A stretch of 64,000 nt of DNA from an uncultured Methanosarcinales archaeon (GTDB lineage: Archaea > Nanobdellota > Nanobdellia > Woesearchaeales > JACPIF01). This document shows, one piece after another, positions 19,012 through 27,271 of the stretch (positions are counted from its first letter, which is position 1; each line of letters opens with the position of its first letter). A program made the translations under genes and the position numbers. The DNA is taken from NCBI GenBank assembly GCA_964602245.1, contig CAZRPY010000006.1, positions 77-64,076 on the forward strand. Direction: 5' to 3'. A model generated the notes under the pieces. The model made no database searches and had not been told where the DNA came from. It worked only from the letters and a program-made list of their open reading frames with translations.

Positions 19012-19355
19012 TTTCTCAAAAATCCAATTAATAAACCACTAATTCCAACAATACTATGCAATATTGTATCTAGCCTATTAAAAGCATCTAAATTTGCGAA
19101 GTCTGGAAAGGTAAAGCCAAATAATGCTACAAAAGTAAAGAATGCTCCATTAGCTAAGCAGAATGGTTTCCAGAATCTTTGATTGCTCCAGCCATAATAA
19201 AGAACAATAGTGCCAAGCGATACATGAAATATTTTGTGCCATGTTTCTGGACGATGACCAAATTGATAGTAGTCTGCAACTAAAGAAATGAATACTAACA
19301 CGAAGAATATGCCTATTAGCCTTGTGTACCATTTTTGAAGGAATTCCGGCTGCAT
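19008..19355 (-). CDS. Small integral membrane protein (4 predicted TM helices)
   Basis: Hydrophobic segments throughout. Stop overlaps the convergent oxidoreductase stop. Confidence 0.5.
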   Translation of the reverse strand: MQPEFLQKWYTRLIGIFFVLVFISLVADYYQFGHRPETWHKIFHVSLGTIVLYYGWSNQRFWKPFCLANGAFFTFVALFGFTFPDFANLDAFNRLDTILHSIVGISGLLIGFLRN

Positions 19356-19407
19356 AATTATTTGATTAATCTAAAACTATTAAAACCCTTTGCACTTTCC
19401 TAGCCTT

Positions 19408-20607
19408 ATGCTGTGGACTAAGAAGTATGAGCTTAAGAAATTAGATGATGTTATAGGGCAGGAAAAGGCTATTAAAGAGCTTAAAGAATTTATAGAGAAT
19501 TTTAAAAGGCAGAGGAAAAAGGCTTTACTGCTATATGGTCCAGCTGGAACAGGTAAGACAACAGTGGTTTATGCTCTTGCCAGTGAGTTTAATCTAGAGA
19601 TATTAGAGATAAATGCATCTGATTTAAGGAATAAAGAGCAGATTGAATTAGTATTGGGAAATGCAGTCAGGCAGAGAAGCTTGTTTTTCAGCAGTAAATT
19701 GATTCTTGTTGACGAGATTGATGGCTTAAATACTATGGAAGATAGAGGAGGGATTTCTGCTTTAGCTAAGATTATTGTAGAAACAACATTTCCAATAATA
19801 ATGACAACTACTAATCCTTTTGAATTTAAGTTCAGCTCTTTAAAGAATAAAAGCAAGCTAGTTGCTTTTGATTCAGTTGATCATAATTCAATTTTTAATC
19901 TGCTAAAAAGGATTGCTGATAAAGAGAATTTAGAATATAAGGAAAGTGACTTGAAAAAATTGTCTAGAATGTGCGGTGGTGATGTTAGAGCAGCTATTAC
20001 AGATTTACAGATACTTTCAATAGTAGATGGCAAGATTAATTCAGATGATATTGGGCTGCTTAGCAATAGGAATAAGATTGAGAGCATTATTAATGCCTTG
20101 ATTAAGGTTTTCAAGAGCACAGATTCAAGTATTGCAGCAAGGGCATTTGATAATGTTGATGAGGACATGGATAGCATCTTTCTGTGGATTGAGGAGAACA
20201 TACCAATTGAATACAAAAATGCCAGAGATTTGGCAAATGCCTATGATATGCTTTCTAAGGCAGATGTTTACAGAGGAAGGATTAAGAGGAGGAATGACTG
20301 GAGATTTCTGGTTTATAGCAATTCTTTCCTTACAACTGGCATTGCCTCAGCTAAAGAAGAAAGGTATAGGGGCATTACTATGTATAAGCCAACTGGAAGA
20401 CTGCTAAAGATATGGATGGCTAAACAGAAGAACCTTAAAAGAAAAGCTATAGCTGCTAAACTGGCTAATAAGACACATTGCTCAACTAGAGAGGCTTTCA
20501 GGACCATACCTCTTATAAAGCCATTATTTAAGGCTAATAAGGCTTCTAAGCAATTGGGTTATGAGCTTAATCTTGATAGAGAAGAGTTAGATTGGCTTAG
20601 AAGGTGA
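19408..20607 (+). CDS. rfcL: Replication factor C large subunit (AAA+ clamp loader)
   Basis: MLWTKKYELKKLDDVIGQE..., Walker A GPAGTGKTT, LILVDEIDG. Archaeal RfcL-like C-terminus. Confidence 0.85.
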   Translation: MLWTKKYELKKLDDVIGQEKAIKELKEFIENFKRQRKKALLLYGPAGTGKTTVVYALASEFNLEILEINASDLRNKEQIELVLGNAVRQRSLFFSSKLILVDEIDGLNTMEDRGGISALAKIIVETTFPIIMTTTNPFEFKFSSLKNKSKLVAFDSVDHNSIFNLLKRIADKENLEYKESDLKKLSRMCGGDVRAAITDLQILSIVDGKINSDDIGLLSNRNKIESIINALIKVFKSTDSSIAARAFDNVDEDMDSIFLWIEENIPIEYKNARDLANAYDMLSKADVYRGRIKRRNDWRFLVYSNSFLTTGIASAKEERYRGITMYKPTGRLLKIWMAKQKNLKRKAIAAKLANKTHCSTREAFRTIPLIKPLFKANKASKQLGYELNLDREELDWLRR

Positions 20608-20796
20608 GTGCTATAAGAAGAAACTCTGATATTAGTTTAGTATTAAATATATATAAAACACTATAAAAATACATTATAAATAAAAATCTGTATCTTTATT
20701 GGAATATTAGCAAATAAGATTTAAATATCTGGCTGTTTATATTAGATGATTGGCGCAAGAATAGACAAGAACTAGAAAAAAAGAAATCAAATAATA

Positions 20797-20902
20797 ACTT
20801 GCATTAACGACGCTTGCTATGCAAGCTGTGCGAGAGGTCCGCTTCGGTGATGGAACTTGAATGAAGCGGACAGGTAGACAAAATAAACCAAAAGTGCAAG
20901 TA
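20797..20902 (+). ncRNA. GC-rich structured element, family copy D (minimal three-helix form); structured sRNA or MITE-like element
   Basis: Closing helix acttgca / tgcaagt. P2 gcttgc-tat-gcaagc. P3 gtccgcttc (20837-45) / gaagcggac (20863-71). Conserved acaggtagac. Homologous to 41162-41315 and the other copies. Confidence 0.55.
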
Positions 20903-20946
20903 AATGAAAATCAAGAAATCAAAAGCAAACTCAAAGGTGATCCAAA

Positions 20947-21036
20947 ATGACAACAATAATACTTCCAATATGGAACAGTGCAAGAAGGATGATTAGGATA
21001 GCTAAAAGCCTTTATGAGATGATAGACTTTGATTAA
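20947..21036 (+). CDS. Putative 29-aa peptide MTTIILPIWNSARRMIRIAKSLYEMIDFD
   Basis: AGGTGATCC (20935-43) is complementary to the archaeal 16S 3' end and lies just upstream of the ATG. It is 45 nt downstream of element D. Too short for any other support. Confidence 0.3.
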   Translation: MTTIILPIWNSARRMIRIAKSLYEMIDFD

Positions 21037-21082
21037 GGCTGTTGTATGGCTTTAATCTATATTGAATAGGTTAACTTTATAC

Positions 21083-21976
21083 CTATTTTCTTCGGTATAT
21101 CCAACCTACTCCTTTTCTTGAGAAGTCGTAACCTACTCTATCCATACCCTCTATAGATTGCAGAGACTTCTGCAATGCGAACGATTGTTCTCTAGCTAAT
21201 TGAGGACCTGGACCTGAAAACTCTAAGTACTCCTGAGCAAAAATTGCATCGAATACTCTGGCTATTAACTCATGATCAAAATTGACTTTCCTTGCTTCCT
21301 GTCTTGTAACATGAGGCTCGCTTCCAAACAAGAGCTGAAGTCTTTGTGGGCTATATCTTGCTCTGGCATGCTTTTCTGCATCAATTCCTGGTTGAGTGTA
21401 GCCAAACCCTTTATTATCTTCTTTAACTTTTAATGGATAAGCGCCATGCTGCATTGCCTTTTTTGCAAGTGGGATGTCATTTTTATTACCTCTTTCTATT
21501 TCTATAGCCACATACTTTATAGGTTTTCTATGAATCTCAAATGATTTTGTGTTTAGATGCCCCTTTAGTCCGCCTACAAGAGTATCAATAACTTCTGTTG
21601 AAACCCCTCTTGCACGAGCAGCATATCCCATAAACATCATAGGCTCACCTTTAACATCTAATAGGCTTCCATAAACTGCAGCGACTGGTCTTCCATTACT
21701 ATCTATTGCAACATAAGTAGCATGTCTGTATGTACTATTAATGACATCTCCTGATGGTACATTCATAAGTTCTCTTTGCTCTTGTGTCATTCGTCTAGGG
21801 GAAGTTTCAAGAAGTCTTTGAGCAAGCATTCTCTTCCTTAAAAACGCCTTATCTTCGGTATATTCAGGGCCTACTCCTCCTTGGATAAGCACCATAGTTC
21901 TATCAAATAGCCTTCTAAATCTATCAGAAGCCTTGTATTGAAGTTCAACAATTTTTACTTCTTGGTCTAAGGTCAT
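21083..21976 (-). CDS. Hypothetical protein (297 aa), visibly higher G+C than its surroundings; weak acetyltransferase-like motif
   Basis: Long ORF with non-low-complexity composition. MFMGYAARARGVSTEVIDTLVGGL loosely resembles GNAT motif A. No firm family assignment. Confidence 0.6.
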   Translation of the reverse strand: MTLDQEVKIVELQYKASDRFRRLFDRTMVLIQGGVGPEYTEDKAFLRKRMLAQRLLETSPRRMTQEQRELMNVPSGDVINSTYRHATYVAIDSNGRPVAAVYGSLLDVKGEPMMFMGYAARARGVSTEVIDTLVGGLKGHLNTKSFEIHRKPIKYVAIEIERGNKNDIPLAKKAMQHGAYPLKVKEDNKGFGYTQPGIDAEKHARARYSPQRLQLLFGSEPHVTRQEARKVNFDHELIARVFDAIFAQEYLEFSGPGPQLAREQSFALQKSLQSIEGMDRVGYDFSRKGVGWIYRRK

Positions 21977-22111
21977 TTATTTTAACCCCTTTTGCTACAT
22001 GAGCATGTTTGTTATATAAGCCTTATGACATAACTAATATATAAACCCTATGAATTATCACCACTATATAGTAATATCTACTAATTAATATATGAAAATA
22101 ATTGATAGCCT

Positions 22112-22651
22112 CTAATACCCCCTACTAAGCCTTCTAAATAGCTTTAGGATGTGCATTATTAGTATAGGGATAATGATAACACTTATTGTGGCTAAATCTA
22201 ATGGCATAGAGCCATCTACCCATATTAAAGCTAACATTGTAAAGAAGGTATCTATTGAGGCTCCTCCAAGGATATGGACTAAGAACATTGGTAGCATTTT
22301 GGTAAAGGCAAAGAGCATTAAAAGCCCTGCATAGGCAAATAAGGCTATGCTTAGTATGGTTCTAGGACTAGGATTAGTAAAGGATTCAAAAGAGAATTTA
22401 CCTGCGTCTGTTACAATAGGAGAAATCATTATAGCTACATATATGCTAGAAATACTGTTCTCAAGTAAATCAGATTCTTTAATGTCACTGTCTGAACTGC
22501 TGACAAAATAATAAAGCTCGAATATAAACCAAATGCCTATAAGAGGGAAATAGACTAAAGGCTCACTCATAATAAGCTTGCCAATTTGTGCAATTCTTTC
22601 TGGTATTAAAGCTAGGAAATTTGTTGATATTTGTGGAATTGCTATTGCCAT
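22112..22651 (-). CDS. Integral membrane protein (about 5 TM helices), unknown function
   Basis: Hydrophobic helices. Separated from the upstream membrane-protein gene by 2 nt. Confidence 0.55.
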   Translation of the reverse strand: MAIAIPQISTNFLALIPERIAQIGKLIMSEPLVYFPLIGIWFIFELYYFVSSSDSDIKESDLLENSISSIYVAIMISPIVTDAGKFSFESFTNPSPRTILSIALFAYAGLLMLFAFTKMLPMFLVHILGGASIDTFFTMLALIWVDGSMPLDLATISVIIIPILIMHILKLFRRLSRGY

Positions 22652-22653
22652 TT

Positions 22654-23109
22654 TTAATGCACATGAAATGTTATAGTTTCAAATATAGTTGCAAAGCTGA
22701 GCAAAAAGATAATATCTTTTAATGAGAGTAATGAGCCAGTGAATAATAAGTCAAGGATAAAATAGGATAGTAAAAAAATTAGTGCTATAGTGTAAAGTGG
22801 AATAACTCTCTTTAATATCTCAAATAAAGTAGGTTTGGTATTTATTCTATATTTTACTATAATGCTGACAATAGCGATAGATAGAAGAAATAAAATAATT
22901 ACAAGAAGCCAAGGTAATTCTTGGTTATTTGTCTTTAATCTTTTGATAAAGAATAAGCCTAGTGATAAAGTAAATATGATTGAGGCAATAGAGAAGAAAT
23001 GCCTTTTCTTTATCTCCAAGTTGAAGAATTCAAATATTACTTGCTCTTCTGCTATAAAGAGTTCTTTAACCTCTTGTTTTAGAGTGGAGCTTTTCCTTTT
23101 GGAAGGCAT
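22654..23109 (-). CDS. Integral membrane protein (about 4 TM helices), unknown function
   Basis: Basic N-terminus followed by hydrophobic helices. Same strand and operon-like spacing with 22112-22651. Confidence 0.55.
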   Translation of the reverse strand: MPSKRKSSTLKQEVKELFIAEEQVIFEFFNLEIKKRHFFSIASIIFTLSLGLFFIKRLKTNNQELPWLLVIILFLLSIAIVSIIVKYRINTKPTLFEILKRVIPLYTIALIFLLSYFILDLLFTGSLLSLKDIIFLLSFATIFETITFHVH

Positions 23110-23204
23110 GCTATTTTAGCTATAATACTACTATAAATATATTGTTCTAGTATCATCTACTAAAATGTAGAAAGGTTTATAAAAACTCTTTTATTTCCAA
23201 GAGT

Positions 23205-23627
23205 ATGAACTACCAATTACCACCATATGTACTTAAAGATAGGATAAGCCTATCAAGTTGGAATCCTCCAGGTGTATTAATCCTTTTATCTGAAACAGCC
23301 TCAGTAGATAAAACACAAGCATTAGCAGATATTTTATGTGAGATAGCTCATGCAAATACAGGATATCCTTATCAGCTTACACCAGAGTCAGGGAATTATG
23401 AGGTTGAGCATCGTTTTAGAGTTAGTGTTGCAGGAAAAATTAATCCTTTTATCCATCTGCCTTCATATAAAGTGGATGCACTAAAAGCCCATCCTGATTC
23501 TATAGAGGGAGCAGAAGGTCTTGTTGCTATCGTAAGTGCTAATACATCATGTCCGCATTGCATACAATCATTAGATTTTATTCCTCCTATTCTGAAAGGA
23601 ACAGTAGCACATGATAATGCCCTTTGA
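23205..23627 (+). CDS. Hypothetical protein (140 aa)
   Basis: Non-repetitive composition. No recognisable motif. Confidence 0.5.
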   Translation: MNYQLPPYVLKDRISLSSWNPPGVLILLSETASVDKTQALADILCEIAHANTGYPYQLTPESGNYEVEHRFRVSVAGKINPFIHLPSYKVDALKAHPDSIEGAEGLVAIVSANTSCPHCIQSLDFIPPILKGTVAHDNAL

Positions 23628-23695
23628 TTCTTCAGTCTTTTATTTTTTATATAAAACACAAACCTTTTTAAGTTTATATTCAGCATGGGATACCT

Positions 23696-25246
23696 ATGAA
23701 AGAAAGTAAACCCAAAGATGCCAGCAAACAGACTATTTCAATAGAAGAGATGGCAGCTTTCTGCAAAAGAAAAGGTTTAGTATATCCAAGCTCTGAGATT
23801 TATGGGAGCTTAGCAGGGTTTTTTGATTTTGGGCCTTTGGGAGTTGAATTAAAGAATAATATTAAGCAGCACTGGTGGAAAACTTTTGTGCAGGCAAGAG
23901 ATGATATCGTTGGAATAGATGGCTCAATAATAGCTCATCCTTTGGTTTGGAAGGCTTCAGGGCATGTTGATAGCTTTGCAGATGTTCTTGTTGATTGTAA
24001 TAAATGTAATTCAAGGCATAGAGCAGACCATCTTATTGAGGATAAGCTTAAGATTAATACTACTGGATTGGCTTTAGAAGATTTAGAAAAAATCCTGAAA
24101 GAGCATAAGGTGAAATGCCCTAAATGCGGATCAGTTTTAGGAGAGCTTAGAACTTTTAATTTAATGTTTACAACTAATATTGGTCCAGTTGAGGTAGAGA
24201 GTGCAAAATCTTATTTAAGGCCAGAGACAGCACAATTGATTTTTACAGATTTTAGATTGGTACATGAAAATTCTAGGTTGAAATTACCTTTTGGGATTGC
24301 GCAGATAGGCAAAGCATTTAGAAATGAAATCTCTCCAAGAGATTTCTTGTTCAGGATGAGAGAGTTTGAGCAGATGGAGATAGAATATTTTATTCATCCT
24401 GATAAAATAGATGAATGTCTTTTTATTGATGAAGTAATAGAGCATGAAATTCAAATATTATCAGAAGAGATGCAAAAACATAATAAAGAGCACCAAAAAA
24501 TGAAAATAAAGAATGCTTTAGATAAGAAAATAATTAAAACAAAATGGCATGCTTACTGGCTGACAAAATCGCATAAATGGTTTATAGCATTAGGAGCAAA
24601 GCCAGATAATTTTAGGATAAGACAGCACATTGCTACAGAGTTAAGCCATTATGCACTAGAAACATGGGACCTTGAATATAGATTTCCATTTGGATGGAAA
24701 GAGTTGCAAGGACTAGCTAACAGGACAGATTTTGATTTGCAGCAGCATATGAAAGTTTCTGGAAAAGATCTTTCATTATTTGATGAGGAAACAAAAAGAA
24801 AGATAGTGCCTTATGTAATTTGTGAGCCTAGTTTAGGAGTAGAAAGGGCTTTTCTTGTGTTTTTATTTGATGCTTATAATTATGATTCAGAAAGAGAAAA
24901 TGTTGTATTAGAATTAAGTCCAGAGCTTGCGCCTTATAAGATTGCTGTCTTCCCTCTTCTGTCAAATAAAGATGAATTAGTTGCTAAAGCAAAAGAAGTC
25001 CATGATAACTTAAAGATATATTTTGCATCATTCTACGATGATAGTGGCTCGATTGGCCGTAGGTATAGTAGACAAGATGAGATTTCAACGCCTTACTGTA
25101 TTACTGTTGATTTTGAAACTTTGACAGATGATAGTGTTACAGTTAGAGACAGAGATACAACTGAACAGCATCGAGTTAAGATAAAAGATTTGAAGAACAT
25201 TATAGGAAAGTTATTGAGCAAAGAAATGCATTTTTCTGATATCTAG
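23696..25246 (+). CDS. glyS: Glycine--tRNA ligase (archaeal/eukaryal alpha2 type)
   Basis: YPSSEIYGSLAGFFDFGPLGVELKNNI, RPETAQ, GLANRTDFDL, GVERAF and the anticodon-binding tail. Confidence 0.92.
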   Translation: MKESKPKDASKQTISIEEMAAFCKRKGLVYPSSEIYGSLAGFFDFGPLGVELKNNIKQHWWKTFVQARDDIVGIDGSIIAHPLVWKASGHVDSFADVLVDCNKCNSRHRADHLIEDKLKINTTGLALEDLEKILKEHKVKCPKCGSVLGELRTFNLMFTTNIGPVEVESAKSYLRPETAQLIFTDFRLVHENSRLKLPFGIAQIGKAFRNEISPRDFLFRMREFEQMEIEYFIHPDKIDECLFIDEVIEHEIQILSEEMQKHNKEHQKMKIKNALDKKIIKTKWHAYWLTKSHKWFIALGAKPDNFRIRQHIATELSHYALETWDLEYRFPFGWKELQGLANRTDFDLQQHMKVSGKDLSLFDEETKRKIVPYVICEPSLGVERAFLVFLFDAYNYDSERENVVLELSPELAPYKIAVFPLLSNKDELVAKAKEVHDNLKIYFASFYDDSGSIGRRYSRQDEISTPYCITVDFETLTDDSVTVRDRDTTEQHRVKIKDLKNIIGKLLSKEMHFSDI

Positions 25247-25283
25247 GATAAAAAGAGACAAAATTAAATATTAACAATTTCTC

Positions 25284-25718
25284 TTACTCTTCTTTATTTA
25301 GTTGCTCTAAAAAGACTTTCGCACTTATTATTTTAATTTCTTTATAAGTTTTTATTTCTAATAGATGCCTATCTCCAGTTATTATATCAGCTTTAGCTGT
25401 AAGAGCGCAGTTAATAAATTTATTATCTGGAGGGTCTGTTGTAATAATTTTCTCATTAAATACCGGTTTTATAATTATCGAATATTTTCTAAAATTATTT
25501 AGAATAAACTTTTTGTAGTCCTCATTAATATATTTCTTTAGTAAAGGCCTCTCTATTACCTCTGTTATCTCTTGAATAATTTCTAGAGATGTATAATTAA
25601 TCAACTTAGTCTTAAATAATAGCTCTAAAATCTTAGCTGGTTTTCCATCTTTGGATATGGTAGCTGAGATAACTATATTAGTATCTATTACTATTTTTGG
25701 TTTTTCTTGCTGCATCAA
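25284..25718 (-). CDS. vapC: PIN-domain ribonuclease toxin (VapC-like)
   Basis: KIVIDTNIVISA... and ...ITGDRHLL PIN acidic motifs. Overlaps the upstream antitoxin gene. Confidence 0.8.
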   Translation of the reverse strand: MMQQEKPKIVIDTNIVISATISKDGKPAKILELLFKTKLINYTSLEIIQEITEVIERPLLKKYINEDYKKFILNNFRKYSIIIKPVFNEKIITTDPPDNKFINCALTAKADIITGDRHLLEIKTYKEIKIISAKVFLEQLNKEE

Positions 25719-25941
25719 TCTCTGCCTCTATTTTCTCAGGAGACAGCTTCTTGGCATTTCTTCTGAATTTTCTAAATTCAGCTACAATCCCTTTTGTGTC
25801 AAGTTTCTTCATGACAATAGTATCATTATCTAGAGCACTGACTACAAAGACTGTATCAGTTGAAGCACCAATTTCCTGCCTTATCTCCTTCGGTATTATT
25901 ATCTGTCCTCTTTCAGACATTTTTGCTGTTTCAATTGCCAT
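25678..25941 (-). CDS. vapB: AbrB/MazE/SpoVT-family antitoxin (VapB-like)
   Basis: MSERGQIIIPKEIRQEIG swapped-hairpin motif. 87 aa. Immediately upstream of the PIN gene. Confidence 0.8.
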   Translation of the reverse strand: MAIETAKMSERGQIIIPKEIRQEIGASTDTVFVVSALDNDTIVMKKLDTKGIVAEFRKFRRNAKKLSPEKIEAEIDAARKTKNSNRY

Positions 25942-25961
25942 AGCACATCACCAGCATTAAG

Positions 25962-25996
25962 TACGTTAAACGTATTTATAAGCTTTACGTATTTAT
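25962..25996. promoter_or_regulatory. Candidate antitoxin operator: 13-bp palindrome TACGTTAAACGTA plus direct repeat ACGTATTTAT x2
   Basis: Palindrome at 25962-25974. ACGTATTTAT at 25970-79 and 25987-96. Begins 21 nt upstream of the vapB-like start. Confidence 0.45.
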
Positions 25997-26148
25997 CTTC
26001 CTTTTAGATATATAGAAAATAAACCCCTTTATATATCTCACGCGAGAATGTCTAGTGACCAGTGGTATATTGCATAGTTCGGATTAAAATTCTATAAAGA
26101 ATAAAACTCACAAATACTTTTATAAATATCTACTAGTTACCTTTAATT

Positions 26149-26859
26149 ATGACAGTACTCATTGTTAAGAATATTACAAGAGAAGGTCTTGGATTATTGC
26201 AAGAATTACTTGATGAACATAGTATTCCTTACTATATTGTTGATTTGGATAAAGGAGAACTGTTCCCAGATCCTCACCGGTATAAAGCAGTTGTTGTGCT
26301 AGGCGGTCCTGATTCTGCTAATGACACTACACCAAAAATGCAACAGGAACTGCAACGCATTAGGGAAACTGTTAAAGCTGAAATACCTTATCTTGGAGCA
26401 TGTTTAGGTATGCAGACTTTAGTGAAAGCAAATGGAGGAGAAGTATATAGAAATGCTCTTAAAGAACTTGGCTGGCGAGGTCCCGATGATGATTTTTTTA
26501 GCATAGAACTAACTTCTGAGGGAAGAGTAGACCCACTATTCAGGGGCTTGGAATCCAAGCTGAATATTTTTCATTTACATGGTGAGACTGTTAAACTAGG
26601 TCCGAACATGGTATTGTTAGCTACGGGAAAATACTGTCAGGTGCAAGCAGTTCGTGTTGGTAGTAATGCATATGGCTATCAGGGTCATTTTGAGCTTACA
26701 CCGGAAATGTTTGAAACATGGATAACTCAAGATTCAGATCTTATCCCTCTTGATAGGGAAGCATTACGAAAAGACTATGCATTGATTAGGCAAGAATATG
26801 AAGCAACTGGTAAGCAGATTCTTACGAATTGGTTAAAGATTGCAAATTTAATCAAATAG
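26149..26859 (+). CDS. Class I (type 1) glutamine amidotransferase-like protein
   Basis: GACLGMQ nucleophile elbow and GHFE. Higher G+C than neighbours. Confidence 0.75.
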   Translation: MTVLIVKNITREGLGLLQELLDEHSIPYYIVDLDKGELFPDPHRYKAVVVLGGPDSANDTTPKMQQELQRIRETVKAEIPYLGACLGMQTLVKANGGEVYRNALKELGWRGPDDDFFSIELTSEGRVDPLFRGLESKLNIFHLHGETVKLGPNMVLLATGKYCQVQAVRVGSNAYGYQGHFELTPEMFETWITQDSDLIPLDREALRKDYALIRQEYEATGKQILTNWLKIANLIK

Positions 26860-26884
26860 TTCTTAAGACACTACGATTAAAAGA

Positions 26885-26958
26885 TGGGGTTGCCCGGATT
26901 TGAACCGGGATCACAAGGCCCCGAACCTTGGATAATAGCCAAGTTATACCACAACCCC
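26885..26958 (-). tRNA. tRNA-Pro (anticodon CGG), no encoded CCA
   Basis: Reverse complement reads GGGGUUG-UG-...-CAAGG-UUCGGGG-CCUUG-UGAU-CCCGG-UUCAAAU-CCGGG-CAACCCC-A. 7-bp acceptor, canonical T-loop, U33, G37. The D-stem is weak and AU-rich. Confidence 0.85.
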
Positions 26959-27044
26959 AAGCAATAATAGAAAATTTAAGCTGATTATTTAAGTTTTGTT
27001 AACTTATTATAAGAATTACATTTAGTACAAATTTTATCTCTTAT

Positions 27045-27240
27045 TTGCACTTTCTTCACAATTGCTATACCTATAGGAAGCCCTGCTTCCTAAATGTCTC
27101 GGAACAAAGGAAATCTCGATTTCCTAGTCTCGAAAATCGTATATTTTCGAAACATAGTTCCTCAACTAGTCCGCTTCATTTATGTTTCTTTGATGATTAG
27201 CGGACCTTGGCAAGGCACGCAGTTCGTGCCCGTAGTGCAA
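27045..27240 (-). ncRNA. GC-rich structured element, family copy C (longest, with an internally duplicated module)
   Basis: Minus strand reads ttgcactacgggcacgaactgcgtgcc...gtccgct...agcggac...gttgaggaac...ttcgagactaggaaatcgagatttcct...gttccgagacatttaggaagcagggcttcctataggta...agtgcaa. Confidence 0.55.
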
Positions 27241-27271
27241 TTATTATTATTAATTGATTAGAGGATTATAT

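Noticed and set aside
26031-26100. Slightly GC-richer patch (cacgcgagaatgtctagtgaccagtgg...ttgcatagttcgg) as a possible seventh family copy or small RNA
   Set aside because: It contains TTGCAT but none of the conserved gtccgc/gcggac, ccgagac or acaggta blocks, and no convincing helices.
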